Below, piece by piece: positions 1 through 6,874 of a stretch of DNA of 10,609 bases. Both the position numbers and the translations under genes were made by a program. The notes beneath the pieces were generated by a model. It saw only the letters and a list, made by a program, of their open reading frames with translations. It was not told the DNA's origin and made no database searches. Source of the stretch: Candidatus Coprovivens sp. Lineage in GTDB: Bacteria; Bacillota_I; Bacilli_A; RF39; UBA660. Numbering within the stretch: the first letter of the stretch is position 1; the number at the start of each line of letters is the position of its first letter. The DNA lies in assembly GCA_051892935.1 (NCBI GenBank), contig JBJFGS010000034.1, positions 1 to 10,609 on the forward strand, in the 5' to 3' direction.

Positions 1-194
1 CGTGGTACCACCTTAGTTTATGAACTATATCATACACTTTATCTCTTAACGCGAGTAACGTTTAATTCTTACTGATTTCAGAATAACGCATCAGAAGTGA
101 TTTTCAATATTTTTTCATTTATTACTCTCTCACCAACATGAGTAACTCTCTTGTAATTACTTGAATATTGACGTCTTCGTCATTTGCTTTCATA
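1..194 (-). promoter_or_regulatory. T-box riboswitch leader, predicted Ile (AUC) specifier; 3' end (rest of antiterminator and terminator) runs off the window edge
   Basis: Minus strand shows all canonical elements. Stem I: CAATATT/AATATTG and GAAG/CTTC helices, AGAGAG bulge (151-146), TTACTC/GAGTAA stem closing a GGTGAGA distal loop (134-128), specifier loop AAAATCA with ATC at 101-99. Then a short stem II with GAA/AGTA, a CGTTA motif, stem III, and the T-box sequence AAGGTGGTACCACG (14-1). Confidence 0.93.
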
Positions 195-200
195 GTCAGT

Positions 201-230
201 ATTATACATCTTTAGTTTTTGATATGTCAA
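201..230 (-). promoter_or_regulatory. sigmaA-type promoter driving the T-box leader
   Basis: TTGACA (230-225), 18-bp spacer, TATAAT (206-201); both hexamers are perfect consensus. It sits just upstream of T-box stem I and overlaps the last codons and TAA of the 202..1644 CDS. Confidence 0.85.
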
Positions 231-1644
231 TTGTTTTATTTTTTCTTTTTTTAGAAATAATTATGATTATTACTAGAGCTGTTAAGGATACTACAACGGC
301 TCCACCAATGCATATATATAGGAATTCTTCTTTTCCTAGACTTTTTTCTTTTATTTCTATTTCTTCATCTTCTTCGGAGAAATTTGTAAGGGGTTCTTCT
401 CCGCTAATTAGATTCCAATAGTATTCATAGTACTCTATCCAACCTTTTGTACCATCACTTTTTTCTATATAAAGCCAACCATCAATGCAATATTCAACTT
501 TTATTTTCTCATTTTTAGATATTGTTGCAATTGAATTGCTCTCTTCATCTGAGTAATAATATGGTGTTTCATATACCTTAAATTTTTCTTTTGCAACTAT
601 TTCTTCATCCGTTATTATAGCAATGAAACTTCTGTCAAAGAATGTCTCTTCTTCTAAATCACTTTTAAAGAAGAATGTATCAGAAATCCAATATTCTTTA
701 TTGTTATATTCTACTTGATAATATTTACCATTTCCTGTACCATATGGATAATGATAATAGTAAGTAGCCGAAAGAATTGTATCTTTTTTTATAGTGATAC
801 TATTTTTAGTAGTTCCTTCATAAATATAATCGTATGTATCATTAATGTCTTCAAAAGCCTTAATATCGTTAAATAGTTTTATTTTTTTTGTGAATTCTTT
901 TCCAACATTACTTAAATCTATATATCCTTTTTGACCATTGTATTCTATGTAGTATCCTCTTGCCCAAGGATCTAAAGCATAGTATCCATCTATAACTGTA
1001 TTAGCGGGGATTGTAGCTAACACATTGTCTTTACTCATATAATTAAGTATTTCATTAACATCTATTAATTCATGTTCTGTTGCTACTAGTATTTTTTCAT
1101 TTTTGTATTCACCAAGAGTAGCAAAATAACCTTCTACCCAACCTTTTATATCTTTATATTCTATATAGCACCAACTATCATAAAGTTTGTATTTTACTTC
1201 TATTGTTGTTCCTTTTTTTAGTGTTCCTACTACTTCGAATCCTTTAGCTGGATTTGAATGAACTTCTAGACTATCTACTAATACTGTATATGTAATACTT
1301 TTATCTAATTTAGTTACATTTTCATCATCTAATGATATAGCTTTGGTTAAAATTGTTGTATCGGATAATTTAATATAGCCAGATTCATCTTTATAATTTA
1401 CATGACCGTAAGTCTCACCATTTATTGTTTCTTCATAATAAACTAAAAGTTGGGAATCTTTGGGGATATCAGTTATTTTAATTAATTTATCACCACCACC
1501 ATTATAATCTATATGATAAAGTATTGTTCCTGATGCTTTGGTTACTTCGACATTGTATGACAACATTTCTGGTGCGCCCATATCAGCTTTAGCTATAACT
1601 GGAAATAATAAAATTCCTAATAATATAATTAATAATTTTTTCAT
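202..1644 (-). CDS. Secreted, C-terminally membrane-anchored protein with about five bacterial SH3 (SH3b)-like repeats (480 aa)
   Basis: GAGGAG RBS; Sec signal peptide MKKLLIILLGILLFPVIAKA. Five repeats end in YGHVNYKDESGYI, WCYIEYKDIKGWV, YYIEYNGQKGYI, YYQVEYNNKEYWI and WLYIEKSDGTKGWI. These are followed by an acidic linker, a TM helix and a KKRKNK tail. No LPxTG motif and no recognisable catalytic domain. Confidence 0.8.
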   Translation of the reverse strand: MKKLLIILLGILLFPVIAKADMGAPEMLSYNVEVTKASGTILYHIDYNGGGDKLIKITDIPKDSQLLVYYEETINGETYGHVNYKDESGYIKLSDTTILTKAISLDDENVTKLDKSITYTVLVDSLEVHSNPAKGFEVVGTLKKGTTIEVKYKLYDSWCYIEYKDIKGWVEGYFATLGEYKNEKILVATEHELIDVNEILNYMSKDNVLATIPANTVIDGYYALDPWARGYYIEYNGQKGYIDLSNVGKEFTKKIKLFNDIKAFEDINDTYDYIYEGTTKNSITIKKDTILSATYYYHYPYGTGNGKYYQVEYNNKEYWISDTFFFKSDLEEETFFDRSFIAIITDEEIVAKEKFKVYETPYYYSDEESNSIATISKNEKIKVEYCIDGWLYIEKSDGTKGWIEYYEYYWNLISGEEPLTNFSEEDEEIEIKEKSLGKEEFLYICIGGAVVVSLTALVIIIIISKKRKNKTIDISKTKDV

Positions 1645-1657
1645 ATATTTACTCCTC

Positions 1658-2005
1658 TCACATAATTATTAATCCTAATGTATATGAACATATATTTAAT
1701 ATCAAAGATATTATATATGGATTTGCTTTTTTATAATATAATGTTTTTTTATATATAAATCCTTCTATTATAAAGGTTAAAATTTCTAATATAATTAGTG
1801 ATATTATTCTACTTAGTTTACCATATTCTATGAGAATAAATGTTGGTATACTTGTTACTAAGGGATTAGTTAATATATTTACTAGTATTACTATTATTAT
1901 ATCTTCTTTTTTCCTTATACCGATGATAAAACCAATTATTGCTTCTATTAATATAGTACATATTAAACAGAATATCATTATATAAGGTAAATCATTTAGT
2001 ATCAT
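1658..2005 (-). CDS. Uncharacterised 4-TM membrane protein (115 aa) with intramembrane T/E/N/S residues
   Basis: Four hydrophobic segments with motifs TILIE, VNILTNP, LEILTFIIE and SLILNICS. The stop is directly followed by the next gene's RBS, and the start overlaps the small upstream ORF. Confidence 0.8.
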   Translation of the reverse strand: MILNDLPYIMIFCLICTILIEAIIGFIIGIRKKEDIIIVILVNILTNPLVTSIPTFILIEYGKLSRIISLIILEILTFIIEGFIYKKTLYYKKANPYIISLILNICSYTLGLIIM

Positions 2006-2117
2006 TTATTTCTTTTATAACAAAAAGAATTGTTAATCCTATCATAAATACAATTATTGATAGAAAGATAAAAAATAATAGTTTATTAGATTCTATAAAA
2101 CTTAATTTAAAGATCAT
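1992..2117 (-). CDS. Small single-pass membrane protein (41 aa), not in the ORF track: MIFKLSFIESNKLLFFIFLSIIVFMIGLTILFVIKEINDTK
   Basis: ATG overlaps the TGA of the MFS gene (ATGA, 2117-2114), with AAGGA 6 nt upstream. It spans the whole gap between its neighbours, overlaps the next gene by 14 bp, and has one uninterrupted hydrophobic stretch of about 22 aa. Confidence 0.7.
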   Translation of the reverse strand: MIFKLSFIESNKLLFFIFLSIIVFMIGLTILFVIKEINDTK

Positions 2118-3175
2118 GTTATTTCCTTCTTTCTGGTAATTCTTAGTAATATTATTAAACATAGAATAGATAATGTAATAATTAATATTATATTAATTGT
2201 TTGAGTTAGTTTAAAGAAGAAAATTGGGGCTGTACCTAGAAATAAGCCAATAGTTGTTAAACCAAAGGCTAATCCTGGAGATTTCTTTAAACAGGATACT
2301 AATATAGCTAGAGTTACTGACATAGTCATACTAAAGAACATAACTCCTATTAGAGAAATTAGCATATAATTATTACCGAAACATAGGAATGGTATAGCAA
2401 GAATAGTACTAATTATGGAGGTTTTTCTAATACCTATAGAATCTATAAGGATTCCTCCTAAAGCTTTTCCTAAACCCATAGTAAAGTAAAATATTATAGC
2501 TTCGATAGTTGTTTTATTCCAACTTGTTGGAATACCATAGCCCATAAAACCACGAATTATTACTACTAAGACAGAAGCTATAATAACTAAAGATAATTTA
2601 GTATTTTGATTATGGTAGTTAAAATCTATTAAATCTGGTTCTTTTTTAGAATTATCGTACATATCAGCTAATATGATAAAGGGAATCATTGTTAGTATTA
2701 AAATAAGTATTAGATACTTGGGAATAACTGTTGTACCAAGGAGCTTTCCTAGAATAACACCAAAGGATCCTCCGGCAACAAATATGGCACTATGAGACAT
2801 TTTTCCTTCTGAATTTTTTAGTGTTACTTCTGCTCCTCTTACATGAATACAAGCATTTCCTAGACAGATAATTATTAAAGATATAAAAATATTAAAACGA
2901 GTATAACTATAAATAAAGATAGCAATAAATAAAAGAATAGTTCCTATAATACCGAGATTTAATTTAGGATATTTGTCATTTAATTTACCAATTAATGCTT
3001 GAGGAACAAAAGCTAATCCATCATAAATAAATGGTATTAACCAAATAATAAGTGAATCTGTAATACTCGATAAATAATAGAAACAAATTATTTCTGTTAT
3101 AAGATGAATATAAAAGTATAAATAACCACAACCTATATTTTTAGGTAAAAATATTTCTTTCATTTTTTTTAGCAT
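2114..3175 (-). CDS. MFS-fold membrane protein (353 aa), distantly Fsr-like; substrate unknown
   Basis: About 11-12 hydrophobic segments. MFS motif A-like GKALGGILIDSIGIRK lies in the C-terminal half and LIGKLNDKY in the N-terminal half. GNACIHVRG, IFVAGGSFGVILG and PGLAFGL resemble Fsr-type MFS motifs. Confidence 0.75.
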   Translation of the reverse strand: MLKKMKEIFLPKNIGCGYLYFYIHLITEIICFYYLSSITDSLIIWLIPFIYDGLAFVPQALIGKLNDKYPKLNLGIIGTILLFIAIFIYSYTRFNIFISLIIICLGNACIHVRGAEVTLKNSEGKMSHSAIFVAGGSFGVILGKLLGTTVIPKYLILILILTMIPFIILADMYDNSKKEPDLIDFNYHNQNTKLSLVIIASVLVVIIRGFMGYGIPTSWNKTTIEAIIFYFTMGLGKALGGILIDSIGIRKTSIISTILAIPFLCFGNNYMLISLIGVMFFSMTMSVTLAILVSCLKKSPGLAFGLTTIGLFLGTAPIFFFKLTQTINIILIITLSILCLIILLRITRKKEIT

Positions 3176-3213
3176 ATATACACCAACTCTATTATTTATA
3201 TTATATACCTTAT

Positions 3214-3241
3214 TCTAAATAAATACTATTATTTATTTAGA
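3214..3241. repeat. Perfect 12-bp inverted repeat (4-bp spacer) between divergent genes; candidate operator
   Basis: TCTAAATAAATA-CTAT-TATTTATTTAGA, lying between a minus-strand TATAAT (3205-3200) and a plus-strand TGATATAAT (3270-3278). Confidence 0.45.
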
Positions 3242-3269
3242 TTATAGTATAACATTTCTATGAGCAATA

Positions 3270-3278
3270 TGATATAAT
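3270..3278 (+). promoter_or_regulatory. Extended -10 promoter element for the phosphomutase gene
   Basis: TGATATAAT 24 nt before the ATG, followed by a GGAG RBS (3289-3292); no good -35. Confidence 0.55.
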
Positions 3279-3302
3279 TTAAGAGAATGGAGATGATAAT
3301 TA

Positions 3303-4688
3303 ATGGATAAAAACATTTTTAGAGAATATGATATTCGTGGTAAGTATCCTACTCAAATAAATGAAGAAGTTGCTTATACTATTGGTAGAAGTTATGGGTC
3401 TTATATACAAGAGAAATTAAAAAGAAATATTTGTGGTATAGGAAGAGATAATCGATTATCAAGTCCTAGTTTAAGTAGTGAGTTAATACGTGGTATTACA
3501 GACTCTGGATGTAATGTAGTTGATTTTGGATTAGTAACTACACCTATGTATTATTATGCTTGTTTAAAAGCAAATGTTATAATAGGAGTTATGGTAACAG
3601 CTTCTCATAATCCAAAGGATGATAATGGATTTAAATTTAGTTTTGACTATTTAGGTAATGCTCGTGGTGAACAAGTATATGACTTTAGAGATTATACATT
3701 AGCTGGTAAATTCTTAGAAGGTAAAGGCGATATTACAGAGTTTGATCCTAGAGATTATTATGCTAGTTTTATTAGAGAAAATATTGATATGGGTAAACGT
3801 AAATTAAAGGTTGTATTAGATTGTGGAAATGGTACTACTTCACTTTATGCAAGAGATATTTATGAACAATTTAGTAATTTAGATATTACAATGATATGTG
3901 ATGAATCTGATGCAACATTTCCAAATCATCACCCAGATCCAAGTGTTGCAGAAAATAATAAAATGCTAATTGATAAAGTTAAAGAATTAAATGCAGATAT
4001 TGGTATCGGTTTTGATGGAGATGGCGATAGAGTTGGATTCGTTACTGAGAAAGGCGAAATTATGCCGATTGATAAAGCGATGATTGCTTATATTAGAAAT
4101 ATTAATAATAGTGTTATTAATAAGACATATTTGTTTGATGTAAAATGTGGAAAAGCATTGGAAGATGAAATAATTAAGCTTGGTGGTAAAGCTGTATGTT
4201 ATAGGACTGGTAATTCATGGACTAGATATGCTGTAAATAAAGATAAGATACCTTTTGGAGGAGAATACTCTGGACATTTGTATTTTACTGATAGATGGCC
4301 TGGTATAGATAGTGGATTATATAATGGTCTTAGAATGCTTGAAATACTAAGTAAAACAGAAAAGAAATTTTCTGAATTAATAGATGGAATTAATGAATAT
4401 TATAGTGTTCCTGAAATAAAAATACCGGTTACTGATGATACTAAATTTGAAATAGTAAAAGATGTTATGGCTTACGCTAAGATTAAGAAATATAAATACT
4501 TAGATATTGATGGAATAAGAGTTCAATTTGCTGATGGATGGGCACTTGTTAGAGCTAGTAATACCGGTCCTAATTTAACAGTAAGATATGAAGCTATGAC
4601 TAAAGAAAGATTAGATAGTATTAGTAATGAATTTAATGATGTAATTTATGGTACTATGGAAAAGTATGGATTAAAAAAAGAGAATTAA
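3303..4688 (+). CDS. Phosphomannomutase/phosphoglucomutase (alpha-D-phosphohexomutase, AlgC/ManB-like; 461 aa)
   Basis: IFREYDIRG N-terminus, catalytic-serine loop TASHNP, metal-binding FDGDGDR, sugar-binding GEYSGH, phosphate-binding VRASNT. Confidence 0.95.
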   Translation: MDKNIFREYDIRGKYPTQINEEVAYTIGRSYGSYIQEKLKRNICGIGRDNRLSSPSLSSELIRGITDSGCNVVDFGLVTTPMYYYACLKANVIIGVMVTASHNPKDDNGFKFSFDYLGNARGEQVYDFRDYTLAGKFLEGKGDITEFDPRDYYASFIRENIDMGKRKLKVVLDCGNGTTSLYARDIYEQFSNLDITMICDESDATFPNHHPDPSVAENNKMLIDKVKELNADIGIGFDGDGDRVGFVTEKGEIMPIDKAMIAYIRNINNSVINKTYLFDVKCGKALEDEIIKLGGKAVCYRTGNSWTRYAVNKDKIPFGGEYSGHLYFTDRWPGIDSGLYNGLRMLEILSKTEKKFSELIDGINEYYSVPEIKIPVTDDTKFEIVKDVMAYAKIKKYKYLDIDGIRVQFADGWALVRASNTGPNLTVRYEAMTKERLDSISNEFNDVIYGTMEKYGLKKEN

Positions 4689-4700
4689 TATTCTCTTTTT
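4675..4700. terminator. Bidirectional intrinsic terminator between the convergent phosphomutase and GH25 genes
   Basis: AAAAAGAGAAT-TAAT-ATTCTCTTTTT hairpin with a U-tract in both directions; it overlaps both stop codons. Confidence 0.75.
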
Positions 4701-6018
4701 AATTGTAATAAATATTTATATCAACATTTCCAGATATTCCATCTACCTTGCCATTACTACATAATTGCCAGTATTTATAATTTCCTTTGTATGAAGTTTG
4801 TTCTGTATAATGAGCTAACCAAACATCGTATCCAAGATCATACCATACTTTTTCTAAATAGTTTTTACTACTATATAGAATCCCTTCATATCCAGCATTA
4901 TTTATAGTATCTAAGTATGCTTTAGCATTAGTTGATAAACTATAGAAACTTTGATGAAATTCATTGTAGAATGACCAACTTTCCCAATCGTATGCTATTG
5001 GTAAATCAATTTTATAATCCTTAATCTGAGATATAACCCATTTTGCATCTTCTATAGCAGATGCTTTATTATTGGCATATGAGTAAAAATATATTCCAAC
5101 AGGTATTCCTACTTTATTAAATCCTTCGATATTTCTTTGAAATTTTTTATCAAGAAAGTATTCACCATTTATACCTCTTGTACTACCTACTCTAATAAAA
5201 ACAAATTCTACTCCAGCATTTTTTACTGCTTCATAGTCTATATCACCTTGCCATGAAGAAACATCTATACCAATTTTAGTATTAGATTTTTTATAATTTT
5301 TTATTACATCACTAAATAATGTTCTTTTTTTTGATGAAGTATTAGAACTATTTTTCTTACTTGGTTCTTTTACATTTAAAGTGAAGTTTTTAATAGTTTC
5401 ATTTCCACTATTATCTATAGCTTTAAATACTAAATCATAACTTCCTACGACTTTAGTATTATATTTGCCTATTATTTGACAAGAAGGATTATCATCTATA
5501 TTATCAGCACAAGTTATATCTTCTAATAGATTACCATCGTATTCTGTCGTTATTGTTTTTGTACTATTTAGCCATACTTGAGGAGCTATATCATCAATTA
5601 TTTTTAATTTATATGAATATGGAATAGTTATTCCTTCATCATTTATATATTCAAAATTAACATCTATTAATCCTAAATTAGTTGTATCTATTTGGTAATC
5701 ATTGATTATTGTTCCATTAATACTTTCTATATAATCACTTACTTTTTTATTGCTAAAGAAAGAAGCTGTTTTATTCTCTTTTAAAGTTACTATTATATTT
5801 GGTTCTTTTATTATTTCTTTATTATCAATTTGAGGAATTAATTCTGGTTGTTGTTCCTTAACTGAATAACTAGGAATAATAATAAAACTAATTAATGAGG
5901 CATCTACTATTAAACAGCTGATTAATATATAAAGAAATAACTTATTCTTTTTCTTGGTCTTCTTTGGTATCAGCTTGACTCTTGTCTTCATCCGTTTGTT
6001 TATTTTTTCCTTCATCAT
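4699..6018 (-). CDS. Membrane-anchored GH25-family muramidase (lysozyme) with Ig-like stalk; start uncertain (6018, 6015 or 5991)
   Basis: Basic N-terminus plus TM anchor; Ig-like segments (DDIAPQV...DNIDD...GSYDLVFKAIDNSGN); Ser/Lys linker; GH25 domain with GIDVSSWQG, FIRVG, GIYFYSYA, catalytic DxE (AYDWE), WLAHY, WQ and NVDIN. Confidence 0.9.
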   Translation of the reverse strand: MMKEKINKRMKTRVKLIPKKTKKKNKLFLYILISCLIVDASLISFIIIPSYSVKEQQPELIPQIDNKEIIKEPNIIVTLKENKTASFFSNKKVSDYIESINGTIINDYQIDTTNLGLIDVNFEYINDEGITIPYSYKLKIIDDIAPQVWLNSTKTITTEYDGNLLEDITCADNIDDNPSCQIIGKYNTKVVGSYDLVFKAIDNSGNETIKNFTLNVKEPSKKNSSNTSSKKRTLFSDVIKNYKKSNTKIGIDVSSWQGDIDYEAVKNAGVEFVFIRVGSTRGINGEYFLDKKFQRNIEGFNKVGIPVGIYFYSYANNKASAIEDAKWVISQIKDYKIDLPIAYDWESWSFYNEFHQSFYSLSTNAKAYLDTINNAGYEGILYSSKNYLEKVWYDLGYDVWLAHYTEQTSYKGNYKYWQLCSNGKVDGISGNVDINIYYN

Positions 6019-6769
6019 CAGACTGTTTAGGTTGTTCTTTTTTCTTTTCGCCCATTAATTCACCAACATCAACTAATTTTGCATGTGGAAATAAACTATT
6101 TAAATCAACATAGTAATTAGATGTATTATTCAAATCAAGATATACTAAAACTAATTTATTATTATATTCTTTTATTACAGAATTTAAATCTATATATGTG
6201 GGTTCACTATCAAAAGTGTATACTTGATTATCTAAAGGATTATTATATTTAGCTCTTAATTTATATGGGTATTGTCCTTTATTTTTTCCACTTTTATTAT
6301 CAATAATTATTTCACTAATAGTGGCATTAATGTATATTCCTTTTTTTAGTAGTCTTTTTATGTTATTAGAACGTTTTATATTCGTTATAGTCTTCTTTAT
6401 ACTAACTAAAAGAATAATAATTGATATTCCTATAAGTGGTAAATATATAAAGTAATGATTATTTTTTATTAGCTTTCCTGGATTATTTATATCATATTTA
6501 ATAGCTATTTCATCATTAACTGTATAACTATCATCACTAATTGATATTACTTGATTATATGATTCTTTATCTACTTTATATTTTACTGTAGCTTTATAGG
6601 AACCATTCTGATAATCTAAAGATGTAATTCGAGCGTTTATATTTATGGCTTTTTGTTCAAGCATATAATCATAGATTATTATACCTACTCCTATTATTAG
6701 GCCTAAAGATGCTATAATTGTAAAAATATAGTTTATTATTCTTTTATTTTCGATAACATTATCTTTCAT
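5942..6769 (-). CDS. DUF3592-like membrane protein (275 aa) with two TM helices
   Basis: TM, beta-rich domain (YTVNDEIAIKYDINNP), TM, second similar domain (PYKLRAKYNNP...YTFDSE...VLVYLDLNNTSNYYVD), then a charged tail. A GGGAG RBS lies about 12 nt upstream. Confidence 0.7.
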   Translation of the reverse strand: MKDNVIENKRIINYIFTIIASLGLIIGVGIIIYDYMLEQKAININARITSLDYQNGSYKATVKYKVDKESYNQVISISDDSYTVNDEIAIKYDINNPGKLIKNNHYFIYLPLIGISIIILLVSIKKTITNIKRSNNIKRLLKKGIYINATISEIIIDNKSGKNKGQYPYKLRAKYNNPLDNQVYTFDSEPTYIDLNSVIKEYNNKLVLVYLDLNNTSNYYVDLNSLFPHAKLVDVGELMGEKKKEQPKQSDDEGKNKQTDEDKSQADTKEDQEKE

Positions 6770-6808
6770 ACGGAATACATTCTCCCTTTATCATATTAAT
6801 CTATTATT

Positions 6809-6817
6809 ATTATAACA
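6809..6817 (-). promoter_or_regulatory. Extended -10 element for the DUF3592-GH25 pair
   Basis: TGTTATAAT on the minus strand, downstream of the miaB terminator. The very AT-rich context lowers certainty. Confidence 0.45.
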
Positions 6818-6849
6818 TTTTATTTATTAAAATATATATTAATATTAAT

Positions 6850-6874
6850 AAAAGAGTTACTATTAGTAACTCTT
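6850..6874 (-). terminator. Intrinsic terminator after miaB
   Basis: AAGAGTTACT-AAT-AGTAACTCTT hairpin on the minus strand starting in the stop codon and running into a TTTTATT tract. Confidence 0.75.

Noticed and set aside
161-421. 86-aa plus-strand ORF
   Set aside because: Antisense shadow of the SH3b gene tail and the T-box promoter; TTG start without a clear RBS.
4699-6018. Prophage endolysin or lysis cassette
   Set aside because: It has an N-terminal anchor and Ig-like stalk, housekeeping neighbours, and no holin, integrase or structural phage genes.
6766-6780. Mini-ORF MYSV* overlapping the DUF3592-like start (ATGA)
   Set aside because: Its ATG is only 1 nt from the GGGAG, too close for initiation; the RBS more plausibly serves the main gene.
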